The notes under the pieces: generated by a model
What the model saw: only the letters and a program-made list of their open reading frames with translations
Told to the model about the DNA's origin: nothing
The model's database searches: none
In this document: positions 22,037 to 32,314 of the stretch, in pieces
Numbering within the stretch: position 1 is the first letter of the stretch
Layout of the letters: every line of letters starts with the position of its first letter
Source of the DNA: an uncultured delta proteobacterium
Lineage (GTDB): Bacteria > Myxococcota_A > Polyangia > Fen-1088
Length of the DNA: 64,000 bases
Reading direction: 5' to 3'
NCBI GenBank assembly: GCA_963796685.1
Contig: CAWCMR010000025.1
Coordinates: 160,001 to 224,000 of the forward strand
Position numbers and translations under genes: made by a program

Positions 22037-23536
22037 ATGAGAACGAGAAGCCTGTCCAGGCAGCTTTTACTATGGGGCATCTCGAGTATCGCTGCCGTGG
22101 CCTGTGGCCAGTCGAACAACAGCGGCCCCAGCACCGGAGGAACCACGAGCCCTGCAACGGGTGCGGGCGGCGGTGCCTCGGGCGGCGGTACGAGTGGACA
22201 CGGCGGCTCGGCTGGCACCACCAGCACGGGTGGAAACGCCTCGGGGGGAACGACTGGGGGCGGCGGAGCCTCGAGCTCCGGCGGCGCGAAGGGAACGGGT
22301 GGCGCGGCAGGCTCGGGCGGAGCCATGCTCACGGGAGGTTCGACGGGCGCTGGTGGTGCGCTTGGCACAGGCGGAAGCACTGCCGGCCATTCGGGGGGAA
22401 GCAGCGGAGTGGGAGCGGGAGGTTTGGGGAGTGGCGGTCGTGCTTCCGGTGGCGGTGATGGTGGACTCGGCGGCATCACGGGCACGGGTGGAAACACGAA
22501 TACCGGCGGCACCAGCGGAGGCGCTGCTGGCGGAGGCGCGCCTGGGACCGGCGGAAACGCCGGCAGTGGGGGTGGTTCGGGCACCACGGACGCGACCATC
22601 GTCCCCGATCCCTCGTGGACCTGTGGCATGCCCGACGGCATTCCGTCTCCCACGCTCGGCACGCCCGCGTTCAGCCTGTCGCTTACGGTCAGCGCTATCC
22701 ACGACGTGGGCAACACCCAGTTCGGCAAACGCCGCCAGCTTGACGTATCCGGCGGCACCATCACGGGCGACAAGCTGAAAGGCACCGTCCTCACCGGCGG
22801 CCTCGACTACGAGCTGACGTTGTCGACGGGCGCCACGGAGCTGGAAGAGGTTCTCATCTGGAAAACCAGCGACAACGTCACCATATTCACGCGCGTTTGC
22901 GGTGTCGCGGCCGTGGGAGATTCGGTCGTCCGCATCGTCCCCGACATCGAGGCTCCGACCGCGGGCTCCTACGCTTGGCTGAACACCACCAAGCTCGTGG
23001 GGACGCGCACGGTAGACAGCGCCGGCAGCAAGATCACGCTCGATGTTTACGACGTGTCCAACGTAGCCGTGGGAGATCCCAAGATCCAACTCAAGGATCC
23101 GGCGGGCGTCCCCAACGTTTCGTGGGACTGCGTGACCGCGACCGGCACGGATGGCAATAGCGTGTTCACCGAGAACGTGACGCTCGGCACAACCATCACC
23201 GTCAGCAATGCCAAGCGCGGCAGTCGCAACATCATCCCCATCACCGGCGGCACCACGACTGGCAGCAAGGAATCAGGCAAGATTCTCAACGGTGGCGCGG
23301 ACTACCAGCTTGCGGCCACCGGGGGAAGCACCACCTTGGACGCCCGCTACACGCTGCAGTCGAGCGACGGCTACTTCATCATCGTGCGTAATTGCGGGCC
23401 GATGAACGGGCTGACCCCGGTCTTCGAAACGGCCACGGATGGACCCTACGCATTCCTCACCACCGGCAAGTTCCTGAGCTCCGCACCCGGCTCGGGAAGT
23501 GGAGGTGTGAGTATCACCTTCTACGAGCGCAAGTAG
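22037..23536 (+). CDS. Lipoprotein with tandem DUF3237-like domains
   Basis: Lipobox AVAC, Gly linker, two repeats of G.R..I.I.GG...G...GG.DY...YAWLN/YAFL. Confidence 0.7.
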   Translation: MRTRSLSRQLLLWGISSIAAVACGQSNNSGPSTGGTTSPATGAGGGASGGGTSGHGGSAGTTSTGGNASGGTTGGGGASSSGGAKGTGGAAGSGGAMLTGGSTGAGGALGTGGSTAGHSGGSSGVGAGGLGSGGRASGGGDGGLGGITGTGGNTNTGGTSGGAAGGGAPGTGGNAGSGGGSGTTDATIVPDPSWTCGMPDGIPSPTLGTPAFSLSLTVSAIHDVGNTQFGKRRQLDVSGGTITGDKLKGTVLTGGLDYELTLSTGATELEEVLIWKTSDNVTIFTRVCGVAAVGDSVVRIVPDIEAPTAGSYAWLNTTKLVGTRTVDSAGSKITLDVYDVSNVAVGDPKIQLKDPAGVPNVSWDCVTATGTDGNSVFTENVTLGTTITVSNAKRGSRNIIPITGGTTTGSKESGKILNGGADYQLAATGGSTTLDARYTLQSSDGYFIIVRNCGPMNGLTPVFETATDGPYAFLTTGKFLSSAPGSGSGGVSITFYERK

Positions 23537-23555
23537 CGCACGCCTAGCCCCACGA

Positions 23556-25160
23556 CTAACCCCGCGTCCTCCTGCGCTGTCGCGCCACGAACCCGAGAGC
23601 CGCGATCAGGAATAGTGCGAGACCACTTCCCGCACCGGTGCTGCCACCAAGAGCGCAAGAGCAGCCACTGGAGGTCGTGCCGCCGGTTGTCGTCGAGCTG
23701 GTGCCGCCACTGCCGGAGTTGCCACCGCTGCCTGCCGATCCGCCGGAACCACCGCTGCCGCCTCGGGCCGAGCTGCCGCCGCTGCCAGTCGTTCCCCCGC
23801 TGAGGGTTCCTCCGCTGCCCGCGCTGCCACCACTGCCCGCGCTGCCTCCGCTGCCAGCGCCGCCACTGTTACCGCCGCTGCTTGAAGTGCCACCCGTGCC
23901 GGTCGATCCGCCCTTCCCGCCAGCTCCTCCGCTGCCCGCGACACCGCCGCTTCCTGCCACGCCACCGCTGCCCGCGGCACCGCCACTTTCCACCGCACCG
24001 CCGCTGCCCGGAACGTTGACATTGCCGGCATCCTTATTGCCGGCCGCGCCTCCGGTCGCGCCGCCATCCTTGTTGCCGCTCGCCCCACCCGAGCCAGGGT
24101 TGCCCCCCGTGCCGCTTGCACCACCCGTGCCCCCTACCCCAGCGTCGCCACACGCGGCCACCCCAGGATCGATGGCGCCGGTCTGGTCGAGGCCCAGGAA
24201 TGGGATGACGTACGACGAGTTGAAGAGTGCATCGGATGGGCCGTGATCGCCGCCGATCGACGTGATGGCCTCGAGAACCACGTAACCGCACGAATCCTTC
24301 CATCTCTGTCGCGTCGCTTGGTGGGATCCCAGGGTCAGTCCTGTATCCGTCGATGACGGGTCCGTGCTCAGGCCCAGCACATCGGTCCACTCCTTGATCC
24401 CTTCGCGCAGGTTGGTGTAAGCGACGTACTGATCGTGGTCGCCGTGGAAGAGCTGGACGCGCGGACGATGTCCGGAATATCCCGGGTCCATGGCACGAAC
24501 CTTGTCTCCCCACTGCTGGGCTGTTTCATTCACGGTGGAGGTGGCAGGGTTGCCGGATCCTGCACAGGTGCCACCCCAATTGCTGGCGGCGCTCCAGCCC
24601 AAGGACCAGCATCCGGCGGGAACCCCGGCGAAAGAAGAGCCCGCCTTGAAAATGTCCGGATAGACGGCGAGCAGGGCTTCCGTCATCATGCCGCCGGACG
24701 AATCTCCCGTCGCGTAGACGCGATCGGCGTTCGCCTGGTACTTGGTGATCGTGTACTTCACCATCTCGGCGATGGCCTGCGTATCCCCACCGCCATCGTG
24801 CGTGAGGGATTTCGTCGACCCGACGTCCCAGCAATCTGCAGAAGTCGCGGGGTTCGTCGTCTGCGGAAAAATCATGATGAAGCCGTACTTGTCGGCTGCC
24901 GACACGATGCCCCCCTGTTGCGCCTGACCGAAAACACCGGAGGCACTCCCCCCACAATAATGCGAACAAACCAAGATGGGAGGATTCGTCGCCGGTTTGT
25001 CCGGCACGTAGATGTACATGCTGATGTAGGTAGGTACATCACCGCCGGACCACGCGCTGGTGGTCACCGACTGCAACGACGCCGCCCGCGCTGGCGAGAC
25101 GACGAGCAGTCCAAGGGCAGCAGCCAATAGAACACGAACGCTATTGCGATTTCTGTTCAT
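23556..25160 (-). CDS. CE1 acetylxylan esterase / PHB-depolymerase family with MYXO-CTERM
   Basis: Signal peptide, HYCGG, CWDV, GDSSGG, HGDHD, Gly linker, then SGCSCALG, TM segment and RRRTR. Confidence 0.85.
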   Translation of the reverse strand: MNRNRNSVRVLLAAALGLLVVSPARAASLQSVTTSAWSGGDVPTYISMYIYVPDKPATNPPILVCSHYCGGSASGVFGQAQQGGIVSAADKYGFIMIFPQTTNPATSADCWDVGSTKSLTHDGGGDTQAIAEMVKYTITKYQANADRVYATGDSSGGMMTEALLAVYPDIFKAGSSFAGVPAGCWSLGWSAASNWGGTCAGSGNPATSTVNETAQQWGDKVRAMDPGYSGHRPRVQLFHGDHDQYVAYTNLREGIKEWTDVLGLSTDPSSTDTGLTLGSHQATRQRWKDSCGYVVLEAITSIGGDHGPSDALFNSSYVIPFLGLDQTGAIDPGVAACGDAGVGGTGGASGTGGNPGSGGASGNKDGGATGGAAGNKDAGNVNVPGSGGAVESGGAAGSGGVAGSGGVAGSGGAGGKGGSTGTGGTSSSGGNSGGAGSGGSAGSGGSAGSGGTLSGGTTGSGGSSARGGSGGSGGSAGSGGNSGSGGTSSTTTGGTTSSGCSCALGGSTGAGSGLALFLIAALGFVARQRRRTRG

Positions 25161-25213
25161 GGTGAAATGCCTCCAAACGATGCGCGGAGATTGTCCGCAG
25201 GAACAGAGCGATG

Positions 25214-25912
25214 CTATTTGGGCTGGCCGTAGTAGGCGCCCGGGCCGTGCTTGCGCTCGTAGTGTTTGCGCACCACGTGCTCCGGTAGTGGATCGACGTT
25301 CGGGTTCAGCTGATAGGCGAGTAGGGCCATGCGCGCGACCTCCTCGAGGGCGGCCGCGTGGTGCACGGCCGCCATGGCGCTCTTGCCCCAGGTGAAGGGC
25401 CCGTGGCCGGCGACGATGACCATGGGAACCTCAAGAGGCTTTCTGCCCTTGAAGGTCTCGACGATGAGCTCGCCCGTGCCCAGCTCGTAATCCTTCTCCA
25501 GGGCCCGGGCGCCGATCATTTCGGTGCAGGGAATTTCGCCGGCGGTCTGGTCGGCGTGGGTCGTGCCCAGGCAGGGGATGGCACGCCTCGCCTGGGCCCA
25601 GGCCACCGCGTAGGGCGAATGGCTGTGGCACACGCCGCGTATGCCCGCGAAGGAGCGATACAGGACGAGGTGGGTCTTGGTGTCGGACGATGGCCGCAGG
25701 GATCCCTCGACGACCTTGCCATCGAGATCGACGACCACCATGGTCTCGGGCGTCAGCTCGGAGTACGCGAGGCCCGAGGGTTTGATGGCGAAGACGCCCG
25801 CCGCCGGATCGAACGCCGAGGCGTTACCCCAGGTGAGGATGGCCAGCTTGAGCTCGGCCACCTCGCGGTTCGCCGCGCATGCTTCCTCGCGAAGGGCGTC
25901 GTGCTTGCTCAT
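25214..25912 (-). CDS. araD: L-ribulose-5-phosphate 4-epimerase
   Basis: TWGNAS, IKPSG, PSSDTKTH, HSHS, GTTHAD, HYERKHGPGAYYGQ. Confidence 0.95.
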   Translation of the reverse strand: MSKHDALREEACAANREVAELKLAILTWGNASAFDPAAGVFAIKPSGLAYSELTPETMVVVDLDGKVVEGSLRPSSDTKTHLVLYRSFAGIRGVCHSHSPYAVAWAQARRAIPCLGTTHADQTAGEIPCTEMIGARALEKDYELGTGELIVETFKGRKPLEVPMVIVAGHGPFTWGKSAMAAVHHAAALEEVARMALLAYQLNPNVDPLPEHVVRKHYERKHGPGAYYGQPK

Positions 25913-25918
25913 GACCGC

Positions 25919-27403
25919 TCACAGTCCGAGTCTGTACCCGATCTCGTTCCAGCGGATCTCCTTGCGCAGCTCGTTGGGATCCGTCTTGGCGTCGATGAGA
26001 AGAAACTCGATGCCGGCCATCTCGGCCCAATCGCGCATCCACTCGGTCTTGACGACGCGCGAGTAGGCGGTGTGGTGAGCGCCGCCGGCGATGATCCAGC
26101 ACTCCGCGGCGCGCTCGAGGTCGGGCCTGGGCTTGAGCAGCACGCGTGCCACGGGAAGCTTGGGCATGGCCTTGGGCTCGATGGCGTCGACCTCGTTGAC
26201 AATCAGACGCATGCGGCCGCCCATATCGACCAGCGTGGCGTTGAGGGCGGGGCCTGCGTCGCCCGCGAAGACGAGCCGCGCGGGATCGTCCTTGCCACCG
26301 ATGCCGAGGGGATGGACCTCGAGCCTCGGCTTGCCCTTGGCGATGGAGGGACAGATCTCGAGCATGTGCGAGCCCAGGACCGCGGGGGCGGCCGGGTCGA
26401 AGTTGTAGGTGTAATCTTCGAGGAAGGATGCCCCACCGAGGCCGGTGGCCATCACCTTCAGGGCCCGCACCATGGCTGAGGTCTTCCAGTCGCCCTCGGC
26501 ACCGAAACCGTAGCCGGCAGCCATCATGCGCTGCGAGGCGAGGCCCGGTAGCTGGGACAGGCCGTGCAGATCTTCGAAGGTGTCCGTGTAGGCGCCGAAT
26601 CTTCCGGCTTCGAGGAAGGACTTGAGCCCGAGCTCGATGCGGGCCTGCACCCTGACTCTCTCGAGACCCGCGCCCGCCTTGGCGTCGGCCGCCATCTCGT
26701 ACTCGTCTGCATAGAGCTTGACGAGCTTATCCACCTCGGCATCGGAGACCTCTTTCACGACCTTGACGAGGTCGCCCACGCCGTAGCCGTTGATGGACCA
26801 ACCCAGCTTGATCTGGGCCTCGACCTTGTCGCCCTCGGTGACCGCCACCTCGCGCATGTTGTCGCCGAAGCGGGCGACCTTGAGGCTGCGCCCGTCGGCA
26901 AAGGCAGCCGCCGTGCGCATCCAGCCCGCGAGCTTGTCGAGGACGGCCGCCGTCTCCCAGTGCCCGACCACAACCTTGCGCGGCAGGCGCAGGCGCGCGC
27001 CGATGAAGCCGTGCTCCCGATCGCCGTGGGCCGACTGGTTGAGGTTCATGAAGTCCATGTCGATGGAATCCCAGGGGATGTCGCGGTTGAACTGGGTGTG
27101 CAGGTGGCACAGCGGCTTGTGCAGCTCGGTGAGGCCGGCGATCCACATCTTCGAGGGGCTGAAGGTGTGCATCCACGTGATGATGCCCGCGCAATTCGGA
27201 TTGGCGTTGGCCTCGCGGACCAGGGCGAGGATGGCGTCCGGTCCCTTGACCACGGGTTTCCAGATGAGCTTGCAGGGCATCTTGGGTTCGAGGGCCTGGA
27301 CCATGGCCTTCGAGTGCTCGTCGACTTTCTTGAGAGTCTCGGCGCCATAGAGATCCTGGCTGCCGGTCACGAAATAGAGCTCGAACCTCTTGAGGTCGAT
27401 CAT
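25919..27403 (-). CDS. araA: L-arabinose isomerase
   Basis: GSQDLYG, WMHTFSPSKMW, MNLNQSAHGDRE, FGAEGDWK, EDYTY, HMLE, GGAHH. Confidence 0.96.
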   Translation of the reverse strand: MIDLKRFELYFVTGSQDLYGAETLKKVDEHSKAMVQALEPKMPCKLIWKPVVKGPDAILALVREANANPNCAGIITWMHTFSPSKMWIAGLTELHKPLCHLHTQFNRDIPWDSIDMDFMNLNQSAHGDREHGFIGARLRLPRKVVVGHWETAAVLDKLAGWMRTAAAFADGRSLKVARFGDNMREVAVTEGDKVEAQIKLGWSINGYGVGDLVKVVKEVSDAEVDKLVKLYADEYEMAADAKAGAGLERVRVQARIELGLKSFLEAGRFGAYTDTFEDLHGLSQLPGLASQRMMAAGYGFGAEGDWKTSAMVRALKVMATGLGGASFLEDYTYNFDPAAPAVLGSHMLEICPSIAKGKPRLEVHPLGIGGKDDPARLVFAGDAGPALNATLVDMGGRMRLIVNEVDAIEPKAMPKLPVARVLLKPRPDLERAAECWIIAGGAHHTAYSRVVKTEWMRDWAEMAGIEFLLIDAKTDPNELRKEIRWNEIGYRLGL

Positions 27404-29058
27404 GTGCGCATCTCCTTTTCGGCAAAGACCCCGAGGGCCTTGTATTTCGAGTAGATCTTGTCGTAGGCCGCGCGACGCGCCGGATCGGGCCGGTAGATGT
27501 GCTCGATGGGAGCACGCATCGCCGCTTGGGCCGCGAGGGCGTCGGGATAGAGACCGGCCGCCGTAGCGGCGAACATGGCGCCGCCGAGCGCGACGGACTG
27601 GTCGTTGGCCGAGACCGAGATGTCCATGCCGAGGACGTCGGAACAGATCTGCATCACGAGGGGGCTCTTGCGGGCGACGCCGCCGATGGCGGCCACGCGC
27701 TCGACCTGCACGCCTTCCGAGCGCAGCCGCTCCACGATGGCACGCGACCCGAAGGCGGCCGACTCGATGAGCGCACGGTAGACCGCGGGTGCGTCGGTGC
27801 CGAGGCTGATCCCGGCCAGCGCGCCGGTGAGGGCCTGGTCGGCGTCGGGGGTACGGCGACCGTTGTGCCAGTCGAGGGCCACCAGGCCCGACGCGCTCGG
27901 ATCGATCTTGGCGGCCTCGGCCTCGAGGGCGGGGAGGAGCTTGTCCTCGATGGCCTGCGGGTCGCCGAGCCCCGGCAGGGCGCGGGCCGGCCAGGCGAGG
28001 ATTTTGCGGAACCAGGCGAAGACGTCGCCGAAGGCCGATTGTCCTGCCTCGTAGCCGATCATGCCCTTCACGACCGAGCCGTCGACCTGGCCGCAGATCC
28101 CGCGCACGAGCTTCTCCGCGCCCGCGGGCCTAGGGCCGATCATGATGTCGCAGGTGCTGGTGCCCATGATCTTGAGCAGCGTGCCGGGTGCCACGTCGCC
28201 GCCCACCGCGCCGATGTGCGCGTCGAAGGCGCCGACCGAGACGACGACCTCGGTCGGAAGGCCGAGGCGCTTGCCCCATTCCGGGCTGAGCTTGCCGAAG
28301 ACGGTCTCGGCCGTGTAGGTCTCCGTGCCCAGGGAAGCAGCAAGTTGCGAAAGCCGGGGATCGAGCTTGTCGAGGAAGGCAGCGGGGGGATAGCCGCCCC
28401 ACGAGGCGTGCCACATGGCCTTATGCCCGGCCGCACAGCGGCTGCGCTTGTATCGGGCCAGGGTGTTGGTCCCGGTGAGGAGGGCGGGCATCCAATCGCA
28501 GTGCTCCACCACCGTGCGGGCGGCGGCGATGGCCGGGGTCTTGTTCTCGACGAGCCTCAGCACCTTGGCCCAGAACCACTCGGAGGAATAGATGCCGCCC
28601 TCGTACTTGGTGAAGTCCTCGCCGCCCCAGCCGCGGGCCAGCTCGTTGATGCGCTCGGCCTGGGCAACAGCAGTGTGGTCCTTCCACAGGACGAACATCG
28701 CGTCGGGCTCCGAGCCGAGCTCGGGCTTGAGTGCGAGCGGCGCACCGGTCTCGTCGGCGAGGCAGGGAGTGGAGCCGGTCGTGTCGATCGTGATACCCCG
28801 CACCTTGGTGGCGACCGCAGGGCCCGCCTCGGCGAGAGCGCGCTTGGTGGCGTCCTCGATTCCCTCGACGTAGTCGAGAGGGTGCTGGCGAAAGCGATTG
28901 GACCGGGGGTCGCAGAACTCCCCCTTGGCCCAGCGCTTGTACACGCTCACCGCCGTGCCGGCGCTCGCCCCATCGGCCGCGTCCACGACCAGGGCCCGCA
29001 CCGAGTCGGTGCCGAAATCGATGCCGACGACGAAATCTTGTCCCTTCTTGACGCTCAC
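27400..29058 (-). CDS. araB: Ribulokinase
   Basis: GIDFGTDSVRA, DTTGST, WKDHTA, YSSEWFWAK, CAAGHKA, EAGQSAFGD, LDWHNGRRTP. Confidence 0.95.
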   Translation of the reverse strand: MSVKKGQDFVVGIDFGTDSVRALVVDAADGASAGTAVSVYKRWAKGEFCDPRSNRFRQHPLDYVEGIEDATKRALAEAGPAVATKVRGITIDTTGSTPCLADETGAPLALKPELGSEPDAMFVLWKDHTAVAQAERINELARGWGGEDFTKYEGGIYSSEWFWAKVLRLVENKTPAIAAARTVVEHCDWMPALLTGTNTLARYKRSRCAAGHKAMWHASWGGYPPAAFLDKLDPRLSQLAASLGTETYTAETVFGKLSPEWGKRLGLPTEVVVSVGAFDAHIGAVGGDVAPGTLLKIMGTSTCDIMIGPRPAGAEKLVRGICGQVDGSVVKGMIGYEAGQSAFGDVFAWFRKILAWPARALPGLGDPQAIEDKLLPALEAEAAKIDPSASGLVALDWHNGRRTPDADQALTGALAGISLGTDAPAVYRALIESAAFGSRAIVERLRSEGVQVERVAAIGGVARKSPLVMQICSDVLGMDISVSANDQSVALGGAMFAATAAGLYPDALAAQAAMRAPIEHIYRPDPARRAAYDKIYSKYKALGVFAEKEMRT

Positions 29059-30144
29059 TCGCTCTCCTCGTCTGGGATGTTTTCCTTGAAATACACTTCA
29101 AGGGGGATTGACGCGGGCGACGCGTCCAACTGCGCGCGAACGACCGCCTTGAAAAGCCTCTCGAGCCCCTCGCGCGCCTGCTCGGCGGGTCGCTGGGAAA
29201 CGACGCAATCGATCTTGCCCTCGCGGAGGGCCCGCGCGTTGGCCGGCACCAAGTCCCAAGAGACGACGGCGCAACTTTCCTTGGCGCCTCGCGCGGCCAG
29301 CCATTCGCCCGCGACGTGGCCCGAGGAATTGGCGACCAGGATCCCCGCGATATCGGGATTGGAGCGAAAGCTCTTTCCCAGGGCGCGCTCGCAGTCCTCG
29401 GCGTCTTCGAGCTTCCGGACATTCCTTCACGATGACCGTGCGCGATTCGGTCCCAGGGACTACGTCGCGGAAGAACGTCTCGAAGCCCTCGATGCGCAGC
29501 CTGATGTGCCGATCCCCGGCGTGGGCGCTCACCGCGACGAGAGGGCCCGGTCTCTTCGCGAGCAGGGACATCATGCGTCCGGCGAGGTAGCCTGCGCGAC
29601 GTGCGTCTTGACCGATGGCTGCCACGGGGCTCGCCCCCTCGGCGTCGCAATCGAAGAACACGTAGGGCACGAGGCCGCCCGCGCGACCTGGCGGGGAGGC
29701 GGCGTTCAGCTTCTTCAAGACTGGCACGAGATCGTCCGGCAGCACCGGGGCGATGAGAAGACCGTCGCGGGGCTCGGCAACGACGTCCCTGAGCAGGGCG
29801 CGGTACCCGGCACGGTCGTAGCGATCGAATTCGTCCACCCGGAGGCTCGTCCCGTAAGGTGCAAGGTCACGTTCGGCGCGATGAATGCCCGCGAGGCAGA
29901 GGGACCAGTACCCCGAGTCCTGGTCGGCGCGGGGAAGGATTGCGCGCAGGGTATAGACCCTGTTGCGAGCAAGCTGTCGGGCCAGGATATTGGGCTCGTA
30001 GCCCAGGGCGGCCACGATCGTGAGGATCTTGGCTTTGGTATCGGCCGAGACTTCGCCTCTGTCGTGCAGCACCCGATCGACGGTGCCGATGGAAACGCCC
30101 GCGAGACGGGCTATTTCTTTGACGGTCGCGCGTGTGTTTTCCAT
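29055..30144 (-). CDS. LacI-family regulator (probable arabinose repressor), frameshift near 29413
   Basis: TVKEIARLAGVSIGTVDRVLH HTH. Removing one base (GAAGCTC to GAGCTC on the minus strand) joins it to the WDLVPAN...SQRP C-terminus, which overlaps the araB start. Confidence 0.85.
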
Positions 30145-30147
30145 GGT

Positions 30148-30199
30148 CCGTGTACGTACACGGTCAGCTTTTTGTACCATCGCGGGGATCCTCCGTCAA
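30148..30199 (-). promoter_or_regulatory. Sigma70-like promoter plus palindromic operator for the regulator-araBAD operon
   Basis: TTGACG-17bp-TACAAA on the minus strand; operator CCGTGTACGTACACGG at 30148-30163. Confidence 0.75.
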
Positions 30200-30293
30200 C
30201 CCCAAAGACTTCTCCCATCACGGAACCCCATTCGAGTTCGGAGGCCTGGAATCCACCGCGCCGGGTGTCCCCCCGACGTAGGGCCAATTTTGG

Positions 30294-30346
30294 TTGACGG
30301 GAGGATCTATGCAGTGGTACAAAAGACGGACCGTGTACGTACACGG
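30294..30346 (+). promoter_or_regulatory. Sigma70-like promoter plus palindromic operator for the transporter operon
   Basis: TTGACG (30294)-18bp-TACAAA (30318); operator CCGTGTACGTACACGG at 30331-30346. Confidence 0.75.
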
Positions 30347-30516
30347 AACATGGAAAACACACGCGTGACCGTCAGAAAACGAGTCAACGGGCAGCACACC
30401 CGTTGCCGACCCGGTCCCGACCGCTGGGGGCTGTTTTCGAAACCTGCAGCCCGACCAGGAAACCTGCCTATGATCTTTTCGATTTCCAGAAATCAGATCC
30501 GCATGGGAGTCTCGAC

Positions 30517-32253
30517 ATGAACCTACCGCTCCCAGGGCACCTGAACACGGGCTCGGTGTTCAATGGCCTGGACTGGCTTGTCATCGTGCTGTTCCTTCTC
30601 GGCATGGTGGTGGTGGTCTGGGTCTCCACGCGGACCAAGGCCCAGTCGGGCGCCGACTATTTCCTTTCCGGGCGCCAGGCGGGATGGCTGCAGATCGGCG
30701 CCTCGATCTACTCTTCCAACATCGGCTCCGAGCATCTCGTGGGCTTGGCTGGCGCCGGTTTCGCGTCGGGCATGGCCATGGCACACTGGGAAATGCAGGG
30801 CTGGATCATCCTGATTCTGGGATGGGTCTTCGTGCCCATCTACGACCGCATCCAGGTCTTCACCATGCCGGAATTCCTGGAACGGCGCTTTTCTCCTGGG
30901 TCGCGCTCCATCCTGAGCTTCCTCACCATCGCCAGCTTGGTGCTCACCAAGATCGCCGCGACCCTCTATGCCGCGGACGTGGTCTTCACCGTGTTGCTGG
31001 GCCGAGACAGCGTGCCCATGTTCGGGCACCACATCCCGCTTTTCTGGGTGGTTTCCGTCGGTCTTGCCGTGGCCACCGGGATCTACACGGCACTCGGCGG
31101 CTTGCGCGTGATCATGTACACCGCCGTGCTCCAGACGCCGGTGCTGCTCTTCGGCTCGATCTGCATCCTCTACATCGGTCTGGACAAGCTGGGTGCCGGC
31201 AGCCTGATCGCAGGCTGGCACAAGATGCTCGACTCGGCGGGAAACAACATCCACCTCATCCGTCCCAATTCGGATGCCAAGTTCCCCTGGCTGGCAGTAC
31301 TGCCGGGGTCGGCCATCATCGGGTTCTGGTACTGGTGTACCGACCAGTACATCGTCCAGCGCGTGCTGGCCGGCAAGAACGAGAAAGAAAGCCGGCGCGG
31401 CAGCATTCTGGCCGGCTACCTCAAGCTCACGCCGGTCTTCATCTTCCTGGTTCCCGGCATGATCGCCTTCGCGCTCTTCAGCACGCCAGGAAGTGGTTTC
31501 ACCACCGCGGGGAATGGCGACCAAGCCTACACCAGCCTGGTCGCTCAGATCCTGCCCCATGGCATCCGCGGCATCGTGGCTTGCGGCATGCTCACCGCCC
31601 TGATGGCATCGCTGGCCTCGAAGTACAACGCGTCCGCCACCTTGGTGACCATGGACTTCTTCCAGAAGTGGCGGCCGGACGCCTCGGGCAAGACCCAGGT
31701 CTTGGTGGGGCGTATCGCCACCGCGGTCATCGTCGTGGTCGGCATCCTGTGGGTGCTGGTGATGAAGAGCCTGGGCAAGAACCTCTACGAATACCTGCAG
31801 AGCGTCCAGGGCTACATGTCCCCCGCCATCGCGGTGCTCTTCGTCATGGGTATCTTCTGGAAGCGCGCCACGGCTCCCGCCGCATTCTGGGCCTTCCTGG
31901 TCGGCGCAGTGGCCGGCTTCGGCCGCCTCGGCCTCGATCTGCTCATCGAGCGCCCGCTCAAGGAAGGGCTCGCCACCGCCGACATGCTCCACGCCGAGTA
32001 CGGCGTGCTGTTCAGCCTGCAGCAGATCCACTGGCTGTACTACGCCGAAGCCCTGCTGATCCTTTGCGTGCTCCTGGTGTTCGTCATCAGTGCCTTCACC
32101 AAAGCGCCCGCTTTGAGCACCGTACGCTACACCTACTACGGCGCCACCGCCGAAGAGAAGGCCGCCACCCGCGCAAGTTGGAACCGCTGGGACGTCGTCC
32201 ACAGCGCAGTCATCGTGGGCATCATCGCCGTCTTCTATTACTACTTCTGGTAA
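30517..32253 (+). CDS. Sodium:solute symporter (SSS/SGLT-like), probable arabinose transporter
   Basis: DYFLSGR, SNIGSEHLVGLAG, TMPEFLERRF, WYWCTDQYIVQRVLA, many TM segments. Confidence 0.9.
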   Translation: MNLPLPGHLNTGSVFNGLDWLVIVLFLLGMVVVVWVSTRTKAQSGADYFLSGRQAGWLQIGASIYSSNIGSEHLVGLAGAGFASGMAMAHWEMQGWIILILGWVFVPIYDRIQVFTMPEFLERRFSPGSRSILSFLTIASLVLTKIAATLYAADVVFTVLLGRDSVPMFGHHIPLFWVVSVGLAVATGIYTALGGLRVIMYTAVLQTPVLLFGSICILYIGLDKLGAGSLIAGWHKMLDSAGNNIHLIRPNSDAKFPWLAVLPGSAIIGFWYWCTDQYIVQRVLAGKNEKESRRGSILAGYLKLTPVFIFLVPGMIAFALFSTPGSGFTTAGNGDQAYTSLVAQILPHGIRGIVACGMLTALMASLASKYNASATLVTMDFFQKWRPDASGKTQVLVGRIATAVIVVVGILWVLVMKSLGKNLYEYLQSVQGYMSPAIAVLFVMGIFWKRATAPAAFWAFLVGAVAGFGRLGLDLLIERPLKEGLATADMLHAEYGVLFSLQQIHWLYYAEALLILCVLLVFVISAFTKAPALSTVRYTYYGATAEEKAATRASWNRWDVVHSAVIVGIIAVFYYYFW

Positions 32254-32314
32254 ATGATGACGACCGATACACAGCTATAGCCATTGCGACATACATCAGA
32301 AGAGGGGGCAAATC

